Source of the DNA: Glaucostegus cemiculus
Taxonomy: Eukaryota
Assembly (NCBI GenBank): GCA_976551045.1
Contig: CDPCPM010000133.1
Coordinates: 1,054,001-1,118,000, forward strand
Direction of reading: 5' to 3'
Length of the DNA stretch: 64,000 nucleotides
Part shown: in pieces, positions 1 through 12,500 of the stretch
How positions within the stretch are numbered: position 1 is the stretch's first letter
Layout: each line of letters opens with the position of its first letter
Notes under the pieces: model-generated
Told to the model about the DNA's origin: nothing
Seen by the model: the letters and a program-made list of their open reading frames with translations, nothing else
Database searches by the model: none
Position numbers and translations under genes: made by a program

Positions 1-431
1 TGGAAATAGCAAAAAATTTTGACGACAATTAAATCTTACAGTCTGCGCAGTTAGACTAGAATTTGTTTGGGACTTAAACCTTATCCCCCAATGTAAAGTG
101 AATTATGATCTATATTTTGAAAAATCATTTAAATCAATTTGAAAGAAGCAAATGGTTTAAATGAAAGTGGAATTCTTTTTCTATGTTTTACCACCCAAAT
201 ACTGGAACTGTTTAAAAATTTGATGTTTGTAAAATCATGAGGAATTTTAAGATGCACCCATATGATTCCAACAAAGTGTATAAACAAGCTGTGAATGTCA
301 AATGAAACATATTCACTGATAAGTCTGAGTTGCGTGCTGAATTGGATGCATTTCGGCTTGTGTCTCCCAAGCGTTTTTGTAGAAATGAGAAGGGGGAGAA
401 AACATTCATTATTAAGCACCTTTCACAATAG

Positions 432-502
432 GCACTGTTGCAATGTAACAAAGAAATATCTATTGTGCAGGACGAGGTCTTTGCAAAAGCAAATTACTGG
501 AG
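432..502 (+). CDS. C1orf167: C1orf167-like exon (ALLQCNKEISIVQDEVFAKANYW)
   Basis: tttcacaatag acceptor, AG|gtgcag donor, phase 2 matches next exon. Confidence 0.55.
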
Positions 503-3500
503 GTGCAGGAAACCTGTATGAAAACAGAAAATGCTGGTGATACTGGCAGATCAAGCAGTTTCTGTGGAGAGAGGAACAAAATTAACAGTTTAGTCAATGG
601 CCTTTTCATCAGAACCAAGCTCTGAAGAGTGACCATAGACCTGAGACGTTCACTTGATTTCTGTCTTCACCAGTGCTTCTTGACCTGCTGAGGTTTTATG
701 TTGATTGGTCATAAATCAGCTTGAAACAATCAAGCTCATTGGATGTTTTGTCGTAAAAACCTGGCCTTTAGTGGTTCAGTCTGGCTCCCATGATCCAGTT
801 GAGTGGAAATGTCAGGGTCCCCAGAATGTGGTAAGAGACACTCTGAACCCCACGAAGAGTTAGCACCTTCATCAGAAGAAAGAAGAAAATTGGGATCAGC
901 AGGCAAGAAAAAGAGATTCTGTTTAATTTAAAAGTTTGATTGAAGGTTTGTGGCAAAGTTGGGATACATTGTTCACCTTGGGCATGGAGCTATGTGTGTG
1001 TGGAACTGACTTTGACATTTCTTTCTTTTAGCTACTTCAGACCATATCGTGAAAGGCTCCTATCACACTGCCTCTATGCTTGGTACAACTCTACACAACA
1101 GCGCTATGCTTCAGCTATATCGTTGCAGAAGTGCCAGCTGTTGAGGAAAGGGCTGCATGCATTGCGTTGGGCTGTACAGTTCACCCAAATGCAGAAGGAA
1201 TTTCTGGAGAGAAGGCAATACAGACGAGTCTTGGCTCATTGCTTTAACCAAGTGAGTGTAGCAATCAATTGAGTCATAGAAAGTTAATAGGAATGTGGGC
1301 AGGCCCTCACAGGCATTGTATGGTTAACTCTAAATTATTTAGTTTGCAGGTCATGCTGTTCCCATGGCCTCTCCCTTCCATAAGGTCTCTAAATGCAGAT
1401 GAATGAGGTGCTCGTTTTTGAATGGAGATTCGGATTTCTGCTCCCACTCTGTCCTTCCATGTATAGGTCATCCTCTCTGGCTTGTACACACTTGCTTCCA
1501 ACAAAACTGCTGAAGTTCTGGGAAACGAATGGCGTTTGTTGTAACACATTTGAGTGGTATAAATGCATTCTGTAAAATCACATGAATTAGCCGCATTGTA
1601 ATAAGATTCTTGTAACTCTCGGACCTGCAGGCAGACTTCCAAAACCTCACAGACAATCTGCACCTCAGCTTTGCTCATCACATGTACAATCATGAAGGTT
1701 ATGTGTAGGATTTTGAGGTATCAGTATAAAGTAGGACCTTCAGCTATGGGGTGATGTGGGTTTGTGGGGAGGGGGAGCTGGTTGGTCATGGAGGGAGCAG
1801 TGCAGTTTTGATGTTAATACTTAAGTTTGATGGTGAGAAAAAGTGAAGACAATCATCTACAAGCATTATATCAGATTTTATCTAAGCAGTTAGCAAAAAT
1901 TTACTATTCCCTTTACAAGGATCAGACAATCATCTACAAGCATTATATCAAATTTTATCTAAGCAGTTAGCAAAAATTTACTATTCCCTTTACAAGGATG
2001 AGTTTTACTGCCATTTGCTTATTTACTTGTATTTATTAAATGTGTTTGGCAGTTAAAACCTTTGTGATTTTATTCTGCCAGACCCTCATGGTAGAGATAA
2101 CTCGTAAACAGGGAATAAAACCTAAAGCAGAGATCATAGAGATATACAGTGACCATCAAGTACCTTTTACTAGCATTATAACCTTCTATGCCTTGCCGAT
2201 TCACGTGCTCATCTAGATTAACTTTTAAAATGTTGTGAGAATACCTGTCTCCATCACCCCTCAGTCATCTCTGCAGTATTTTCTGACCATCTCTGTAGCA
2301 GCTGCATATAGAACATAGAACAATACAGCACAGAACAGGCCCTTCGGCCCATCAAGCTGTGCCATCCTACAAACATCTCCCAAACTAACTCTTTCCACTC
2401 TCATATCCTACTATTCCACATTCTTCCATGTGCTTATCTAACAATCTCTTGAACCTGTCCAACGTATCTGCCTCCACTACCACCCCAGGCAGTGCATTCC
2501 ATGCACCAACCACTCTCTGGGTGAAAAACTTCCCTCTGACATCTCCCCTATACTTTCCACCAATTATCTTAAAGGCATGCCCTCTCGTCTTGAGCATCTG
2601 CGCTCTGGGAAAGAGGCGCTGACTATTAACTCTATCTATTCCTCTCAATATCTTAAACACCTCTATCAAGTCCCCTCTCATCCTCCTCCTCTCTAATGAG
2701 TAGAGCCCTAGCACCTTAAGCCTCTCTTTATATTCCATACCCTCCAATCCAGGCATCATCCTGGTAAATCGCCTCTGCACCCTCTCCAACGCCTCCACAT
2801 CCTTCCTATAATGCGGCGACCAGATTTACCTGGATCTCTGAGGAAGTGAAAACAGTTTCTCGTATAGAGAATTAGTTCTTGCCCTTGAATGCAACTTGAA
2901 GTACAAAAGCTTTAAAAAAAAAATCTGAAACTGATAAAACAAAAATGTAAAGAAACCACAAAATGTTTTAAATGGAGATTTATTTTTCTTTGCTTTACTT
3001 CACATGTGAAATAAAGTCCATAAGGTATATTCCTTCTTTCAAGACACTTTATTGTGATTATCTTTTTATCCTCTCTTCCTTACACAGTGGAGGGATGCAG
3101 CAAATGCTAGCCAATGCCACACTTCAAATGCAGTCGGGAAATCCTGCTCTGTTCACCTGAGGACGGCCACACTGCAGCAGCTGCTTGGGACTAAAATTTA
3201 CAGACTCTGGCGGAAACAGCACAAGCATTCACAACATGAGGATGTACAGTGCCTCAGTTTGGCTAGTTTTCATGGCAAGTAAGAGTGAACATTGGTATCA
3301 CAGCAGTTTAATGGTCAGTTTATTCTTAGAGCTGCTAGAATGACCTTCTGCTGCACCTGGCACCTTCTTGTCCGTGGAGCTCAGTACCACATCAGACTGA
3401 GCGATTGTGGAATTCTCTTTTGTCACCTGAAATGTATTTTGCATTTGGGCCATTGCAGCTGGTGTGAAATCTTCTAACTGCAAGATTGGCTGAAATTTAT

Positions 3501-6500
3501 ATATATGGTGTAAAGAGATGATGTAGGTTTGAAGCTGAAGTGTGAATGTAGCCAGAGGAAATGAATTATGTATATAGAATAGAGTAGAGCCAGCTGGTGC
3601 TGCTTGATAGAAGATAGGCCATCTCCCTCACAGGGTGTAGCTGTGGCAGTAATCAATTCTGAGCTGATGATAAACTGCTTTAAAGTGGGACCCCCGACAG
3701 GGATCTGAGTTCTTTGCCTGGAAATGCAATCACATTATGTTTTTTTTATTAGAGTTAAGCAACTAAATATCTTTATTCTGGGATGAAGTGCTGTAACAGC
3801 CACTTCCAGGATGTTTTGCATTACTTTAAAATTTGCATCACTTTAAAATTTCTGACAAGCCACCCTTGTGCACTTGATGCGATTTCTATATCAGTTTTGC
3901 AAGGGATAACGTTGTTCCTTCACTGCTTTTAGCCCTTTGCATATGAATTTGTCCAAAGACTGTCCATCAGCATACACTCCAGTGACAACTTGCTCTTCAC
4001 ACTGCAATGCTGGATTGGTATCACTGCATTTACCTTATTCACCTTCCATCCTTCTGACCCGAGCCCCCTTCTGCCACCAGCCCACCATTTTCTGAGGTCG
4101 ATCCTACTCCCTCGAAACAAAGTGTTTAATCTCTGTCTTGGGCCTGACCACCTGAGGTCCCTCTGATCCACCAGAACCCAACCCCTACCCTTGACACCCC
4201 TCCCCCTCATCCATCTAACTGTCTAATCCCCTGAGGCTTCCAATGGAGATATCCAAAACTTCTCAGTATCTCATCCTCCAACCACTGCATGGGTACCTAG
4301 CTCTCCCTCCACCCTGACCTCCTGAACCTAATGTTAATCCTGACTCCAGGGTGGCCCGTTATCAAGAACAAAAAGGTTATATGCCTCATGGTTGTGCCCA
4401 AGCCCTTTGGTTTGCTTAAAATTGCTTGCTTTGAATGTATGAGCTTGTGGGTTAGATGCAGCTCTGTTGAAGCCTTCGGACTGTGCTGTTCCACTCACCC
4501 AGTTTGGTGTTGAAAGTATTTAACGATGCTTGTGTAGGTTGTGGCATGCTGTGTGACTGTACATTTTAACAGTGAGTGCTGCGTGAATCTGACATTGAGG
4601 TCTTCAAAGGTGCAGAGAAAGGAGTTGCTTTGTAGGCAGATGCAACAGTCATGGGCAAAGGGAACAGACCAGGAGGATTCTGTAGTGTAGACTGGGATGG
4701 ATTCTGATTCATCATTTTTTTTATCACTTGAAAAAAGATTATGTTGAGAGAGCACAAAAAATGCTTGGGATGTCTCCTTCGTTTAAGTATGACATATATA
4801 ATGAAGGAAGAGCACCTCCCACCTTTTAAAACATATCCTGTGCACAAATTAGAATTATATCCCAATGATTTTGATTCATTGTGAGAATATACCATTCATA
4901 GCAGCTGTTGCTTTCTAATGAATAGCTGTTTTCAGATGTCTGATGTTGTCTTGGTCTGACTGGTTGTTGGCCCAACTGAAGAGTCTTCTGACTGTCTGCT
5001 ATTCAGAAATGGGGGCAGAGAATAAAGGAAAAAGTAATAGAAGGAGAAGTGATGTCACAGGAAAGTGTCAAGTACCAATATCTCAACATTGGAATCAGCA
5101 CACAAGACTATGTGATTATCAACTCTCACAAAATGTAATCCGGGTGATAGTTGCGTTAATCCAATTCGTCTGTGTACCACTTGCAGTACCCCGGTTGATC
5201 TATATGGGTCAAATCCTAAACAGCTCACGCAATGATGGGTGCAATTGTCAGTGCTGTACTCATCACATTTACTACATTCAGTGATGCTGATATGTTGCTG
5301 GTGGTTGGCCAGAATGAACACCATTCAGACTTCCACACTCATCACCCCCACCTTCCAAGCAAATACTGAAAGGCATTAATTGCTGCCTGGATGTGTGACC
5401 AGATTTGATGAGTGACATGGTGCTTCTGCACCTTTGAGACTGATTTCCAAAGTCTTGGCATTACCCTTTGAATAACCAAAGGACCTGGACTTTGGCCATG
5501 AAATGAAGACATACAATTAAGCAAACCCAACAAGTAGTCTCCTACATTAAATGAACAAGTCTGCTGTACACCTCATTTTAACAGCCAGAAGGAAAAGCAG
5601 TGAATATTGCCCACTTGAGATAGAAGCTTAAGTTGCACGGCAATTCCGTTGGTGTTTGGAAAAATAACTTATTTCACCCTTTGGATAAGCCTTTTACTGA
5701 TAAGATTTCAGGACAGGAATATCTTACTCTGAGTTTAAGGTAATTTTATTCTTCATTCCATGTTCATTTCTGGTTTTCTGCCTCATTGATCCTGTCCACC
5801 ATCTGTTTCAAAAAGCTGGGTTTTCATTTAGTTTGGATCAGTTTGTTTCATTAATTACCCAAACTTTAGACATCCAAACCTCATTCTTTTCCCAATACAG
5901 ACATTTACAGCTGTATTTTAACAATTATGCTATAAAACCTAACCTTCCAGCAAACTTGTTAGGAGGATAAGGAGGATAGGGAAAAAGTAATCAGAATGTT
6001 TTTATTTGAATTATCAGCCGTGTTCAAATTTATTGGAGTGAATTTTTGTCCTTTTCCAGAGGAAACCAGAGATAGCACCCAAGAAGTACCTGAATGACCC
6101 AGTAAAGCCATTGATTACCACAGACATGGTAGCTGCCACATGCTGTGATGTTAAGAAGTTGAATATTTGTCCCTTGGCCCAGGATCATAACTTGCTGGTT
6201 ATAAAGAGTGAGTGATTCCCGGGATGTCAGCTTGAAGTCATAATTTATCAGTATTCTCCTTCTCCTTCTTCTCCTCTTTGCAGAAAGGCATCTATTTATT
6301 TGCTTCAGGCTGTGCACATTGAGACTGAGAGAGCTCTCACTAAATACGGGTGGCATGTGGGACAGGTGCGCACAATCAGGTGAGATTAGTATCCTTAGGA
6401 TATGTGATGATTCATTATGAGGGTGCAGTTTTTTCTCACTGCTGGCCACTGATGGATAGCTTTCTGTAAGACTCTTAAAGCTACTCTTGAGCCCTACAAA

Positions 6501-9500
6501 TTGAAACTTACAGCATGTACAACCAAGTTATGCCTTCTGGTGGGGAAGAGGCAGCTGTATGCAATGCTTAATGCCTGGCATCTTCACATCAAGAACCATA
6601 AGTAATTTGTGCACTGCTTGTTGGAGACTGCTGTAGACAGCTACAGTTGTAAGTGTTTGAACTTAGGAAGGGAGAGCCAAACAGGAGTGAAATGATTTGC
6701 ACTCATTTTGCCTTTACATAATTCCATGTTTTTATCTTTTGTGTATATTACCCTCCACTTCCCTCCTCTTTTCTCAGAATCAGAATCAGTTTTATTGTCA
6801 CAACCATATACATACATAGTATGCATAGGAGCGAGGACCTCTCAAGGTCCTGCAAATTTTACTTATTCAGATATTTAGCTGAATCCCGTTTGAAAGTTAT
6901 TATTGATTCTGCTTTGATCTAATTTGTAGATAGTGTCCCCCAAATCAAGAAAACTTACTGTGTCATCTTTGTTTTCTCTGAATCTTCTGTGGTCATTTTA
7001 AATCTGAATATTCCTGCCAGTGGAAACTGTTCCTCCTTACTTACTGTATAAGCACCTTTGTACCATCCAGGACAGAAGTTTCCAATGCTGAGTTAACTCG
7101 TATTAGCTAGATGACATTAGGAGTCCTACAGCTGGCTACAGCTGCTCTTGTTGATTGCCTGTGGAACAACCATGTGTGGACATCTGGTGTAGAACAGGAT
7201 TAGGCATGTTTGGTCCTTAGATACTCATTCCAGGCTTGCATGAAGAACAGAATTTAGGAATCTGTCAGAAGAGAACCACCACAGAAGGAATCAAATTTGG
7301 TGTTTCCAGGAGAGATAGGAAGGTTAAACTGAGAAGAAAAAGACTCTGAACCTTCTTTGAACATTGTCCCATGCAGCAAAAATGCCGAACTGAGAGCTTG
7401 AGAAGTCCTGGAGATGGAGCTGTCAACATGCGGTGATTCCTTTTGCTGTGTGTAATTGGCCCTCACTGTGAACTGTGGTGCACAGTTTGGGGCAAGGCCG
7501 TCAATGTTTACATCAATTATCCAAGGATTATGCAAACTTGCCCTGCAGCATTAAAGTGCTAAATAATTTTTCATCATCATGCACTGTTGGATATACTGTT
7601 TGTGTATCTTCACAGCGCTGACCTATGCTTTATGTGTTTCTCTTTGTAGAGATCGCTTTGAGGCACAGACATGGTTTCTTGCACACGATGTTGCCTCACA
7701 ACACATCTTAGTCAGGAATCACACTGAGAATTTGGAGAGTTGCTTCCTACATTGGCGCACACTATTACATGTGAAACGTGGAAAAAAAGTGCCTGTGCTG
7801 CACCTATTTCAAACGTGCCATGCACAGGTGCAGCAACAAACTACAGGTCTGAGCACAAAAGGAATTCATACTCTATGTATCAAATGTATAGACTTGCTCA
7901 GTAAATTTCAATTAGCATTTAAGAGAAAAGTTGCAAAGACCTGTATTGTTATAGTGTCATTTACTTCCCAAAGCACTTGACAGTTGTTAAACTATTTTGG
8001 AAATTTCATTATGATTATAATATAGGAAAACCGGCAGCCAATTTGCATACAGTAAAATCCCACAAACATGAATGTGTTAAGGACCAGGTAATCTAATTTA
8101 GTGATGTTGGTTAAGTGGCATGTATTGGCAAGTCTTTTTCTTACTTTATAAATAGTACCGTGTACCTGGTCACCACAGTGAGTGACTAACCCTCTACGAC
8201 AGCACAGCACACTCTCAGTATTGTACAATGCTCTGGATTATGTGCTCAAATCTCTGAAATTCCTTGTTTCCTTGAAAAAACTGTACAAATTATTTTTTTC
8301 GCTAGGTTTGTTGTTTTAAATTGTTGAAGGTGTATTGATACAATTGTAATCTGGCAAACTGATCAATGGAAGAAGAAAACTTTAAGGAACAGGAACAGGC
8401 GAACAAGCTTGCTGCTTTTTGAAGAATCTTGACAACGTAACCATCACCTCACCTTCCGTCCTTGCATTTCTGTCTCGGAGAGTAATTATTTGAAAGAAGG
8501 CCAATTTCTCACTACTAACCTAAAATATAACTGCCTTATGTCTACAGGACACCAGATTTGTTAAGAGAGTGGGATATAGTCAGTCCTGACAAAGGCTACA
8601 AGTAAATTTGTGTGTATGCCCAATTAACTCTGCAGTAGATTACTGTGAGATTAGTAGGAAGAATGAGGCTATGCATTATTTGGAAAACAATTAAGAGGAG
8701 CTAGATGTCCGAAAATGTCAATGACATGGATACGCAGGTTAACAGGACTAGTGAAGTGCAAATCCAGTACTGGAAATAATTTCCCAAATAAGAAAAGATA
8801 AGATCTTTATTAGTCACATGTACATCGAAACACACAGTGAAATGCATTTTTTGCGTAGTGATTTTTGGGGGCAGGCCTCAAGTGTTTCGATGTACATGTA
8901 ATGCATAGCCTTCTGGCACCAACACAGCATGCCCATAACTTCCTAACCTGTACGTCTTTGGAATGTGGGAGGAAACCGGAGCACCCGGAGGAAACCCACA
9001 CAGACACGGGGAGAACGTACAAACTCCTTACAGACAGTGGCCGGACTCGAACCCGGGTCGCTGGCGCTATAAAGTATTGTGCTAACCACTATGCTATCAT
9101 GCCATCCTATATAGAATAGAAATAATAAGCACAGAAATTTGTAAACTTGTTTGACCTTGTTTAGACTACATTTACAGTAATGTGAATATTTCTGGTCCCC
9201 ATCCTATTAAATATAGAGGAAAGATTAAAAAGGCTCAGACCCTTCTGTACAGGTGACTTGATAACTATCATTTTAGACTATGTAATAGTTTGATAAAGTG
9301 GATTAAAATGATGGTCCACTTGTAGGAGAATGCAAAAGTAGGGGGTCATTGATATAAGTTGGTCACTAGTAATTAAGGAATTCAGGCGAAACTACTATAT
9401 CTGATGTGATTGTGATGTAGAAGTTAACATAGGGTTCGAGTGTGAGACAAGGTATGGATGAATTTAAGGGGATGTTTGTTGAGTAAATGAGGGGGAGAGA

Positions 9501-12500
9501 AATGGAGTTTAGTGAAGAGTGAAACATCAAAAAAATCACTTGGGCTGAATTCCCTGTTGCTGTGTAAATCCTATATAATTCAGTTGGATAAATCTTGAGT
9601 GTGTTCAGAATGGATGCCATTCTGCCAAATCTATGTGTTATAATCTTAGTTGGTCTTAATCAACATTATTGTCCCAGCATACCTTCCTAGCTGCATCCAT
9701 TCCAGGATCTGTACTTTGTTGTTGGAGCTGCAGTGAATCTGATGGATAATTGGAAATTAAATATAAATTGCTGAGACTGACTGCCTTTCCAACATGTCTA
9801 GCTTACTGGTACCCTCTACTGATTTTTCCAGGTACTGCAGAGGTTCATCAGGGCCCTTATTTTTGAAGAGTTCATTATTAATGATTTAGTTTAGCACATT
9901 GAGGCCTTCTGATAGATGGCCCACTGCTCTGGGGAAGAAACTGGACTCCTTGCAGTGAAATTCGGAGGAAGGTTCCCCTTCCTTCACCTGTTGCTCCCTG
10001 TATCAGCTCTTCCCTCCTTTTCCATTCCTCCCCTATTCTCCTCCCTCTCCCTCACTACAAAAGAAGTGATCACACACAACTGTAAATTCAATACTTTCGT
10101 TATTTAAGTCACCCTGGTCTGTTTTTTCTATTTCTCTGTTTAGCTGTTTGTTGTCAGAGTAATGGGAAAGATAACAACTGCAACAAAAACGCAAAATACG
10201 AGACCTCTGTTCAACTGGACGACATCCGTGTAACTTATCAAGAACTACATTCACCAGCCATTGTTTGCCCTGAACAGACACTTCAGCCACAATTCCAGGA
10301 CTGGAGAGAGGAGCTTCGCAAACATCAGCTGGCTGGGTATGATCTGGGTGTTGGAGACAAGGGTGTGTGTAATGGTGGGATTCAGGTGTGAGATTACTTT
10401 GGGGTACCTTAATCTGGACTGGGAAAAAACAGATGAGTTCAGGCAAATAATCATGGCTGGGGTTGGGAGTTTGGACAAAGACTGAGATGGTTATCAGGAG
10501 CTTCTGAACATACTTTTGCACTAAATTGATGATTTCGTATGTGGTGAGTTTTTCAGGATCTCGCCAAGGAACCAAGTGCAGGATGCTCTCAAACCCTGGC
10601 CTGAAGAATTCTCCGAATTATGTCTGCAAGGATTCGACAAATACCTGGCCCTGCAGAACAGCACAAGTGCACTGTGTAGAGAGGAGTCTGACTGCAGCTC
10701 ACCTGAACAGGTAGATGGAGAATACATGCATGAGACCCCTAATTGGTTGACAGGGTTGTACTTCGAGGATTGCATATATAAAACTTACCACTCTCTACAT
10801 GTCTGAAGATGGTGGTATTTTCATCAACAGTTTTTCTTTTCCAGTGGTTCAGAGATTAAAGGTGCAGGAGACACCTGAGTGTGCATTATGCCTGCCTTGC
10901 CCTTCCTGCCTTAGACAGGCTCGCTTCTTTTCGTGTTAGATGCTCTGCAGGCATGGTTGCTGGGCCTGACACATCAAAAAATAAACTGAAGATTTAATTA
11001 CAGACCCTATGTTGGTTACAGGATCCTTCCATGATACTGGGCTGCCTGTCGTTACACTCACTCACAAATTCATGACACCAGTTGGTAGGGCAGTTGCTTC
11101 AGCTTGGTATTTAAGGGGCTCAGCTGCTGCATTCGTCCCCTTAGGCTTTCTCTAAAGAATTTTCCTCTCAGACCAACCCCCTTGCTGTTTTTTAGCATTG
11201 TCTGTTTGCAATAGGGCTTTGCAGCAGTCAGTGATTTATGCAAATTTAGTGATTGATAGCGAGGAAGAAAGTTGTAGGCTCTGGGAAAATATCAGTAGAC
11301 TGACTAGGTGGGCATAAAAGTAACAAATGCGGTTCAGTCAGCAGCAGTCTCAGGTAATGTGCACACTCAGATTACTGTTTCCTTTGAAAGAAAAGAGGTT
11401 AATGAGGGTACATAGAGTTATGAGAAATCAATGCATGGGTGCTACGCTTCTGTTATTTCCATTTCTTTTTCTTATGTGACAAGTTTTAAATAATGCCTAC
11501 TCTTTGGAGCAAAGTCCGCTTAGGTTTTTACTTTCACCAGTTTGGAGATATCATCCTTCCTAACCTTGCTCTGTTTTACAGTTTTACATCCTGGCAGAGG
11601 ACCTATAAGGTAAAATGTAAACTCAAATTTGATGAAGTTCAAACCTATTATTTGTAGAGCATTGTGCAGTGTGAAGCACAACCAGCAAACAGACCTGACC
11701 CAGAGAGAGCAGGAAAATGGCTGCAGTGCAAATTGGAGAAGCGTCTGGTTGAAGAGCATCTGACGCTGTGGGCTGCGCGGTTGGGGCAGGTGTACCAGGT
11801 GGATCAGTTTCACAGACGCACCCTGCTGACACGGTATGTCTGCGTTGATATTGTTATTTCACCACCTGCCGGCTGCTTAATTGTGTTTTTGTTGTTGTAT
11901 TTCCCTTCTAGGTACAGAAATAGGCTCAGTGTGGATAATGGTGTGGATGTAATAAAACCTGTGTGTAACTTTCTTCCTGCAGAGTATTTCTGAGTTGGAA
12001 CAACTGGAGCCAGACCCGCCGGAACCATCAGGAATTGGTTGCTGGGTTTTCTTTTGGCCGGCAGCGTCGAGTTGTGCTGACCCTTTGGAAAATACGTTTG
12101 TCACAAAAGCAGGAAGCTGACAGAAGATGCAGAAAGATGTTGCGTCAGAAAACTCAAAAGGCGATGTCCCATTGGCACCAATATACAGAGAGTGAGTGTC
12201 AGCACAGAAAGTTGCCGAGACGGGACAGCTATTTACGTCAGGGCAGATGGTGCTTTAAAATCACCAGCAAAGTAAGGAAATCTTCTCATGTCTGATGTTA
12301 GATAGGGAGACCAGTTACACTATCGCCCAGGTAGATTGGTTAGCACCTGCAGTGTTGCCTGAATATATCAATTGCTATCAGTAATATGAAACTAGAGTAG
12401 TCACCTGGATATTACTGAACAATACTCTGGACCATAAATTTAGGATTGAATTTAGGAGCCAGGAGGTATTGCTTCAGTTATATAGGTCCCTGGTCAGACC

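Noticed and set aside
1847-1999. CRISPR-like repeat array
   Set aside because: Only two adjacent copies, no spacers, eukaryotic context
10033-10575. 180-aa minus-strand ORF
   Set aside because: Antisense to C1orf167-like exons, with no recognisable features
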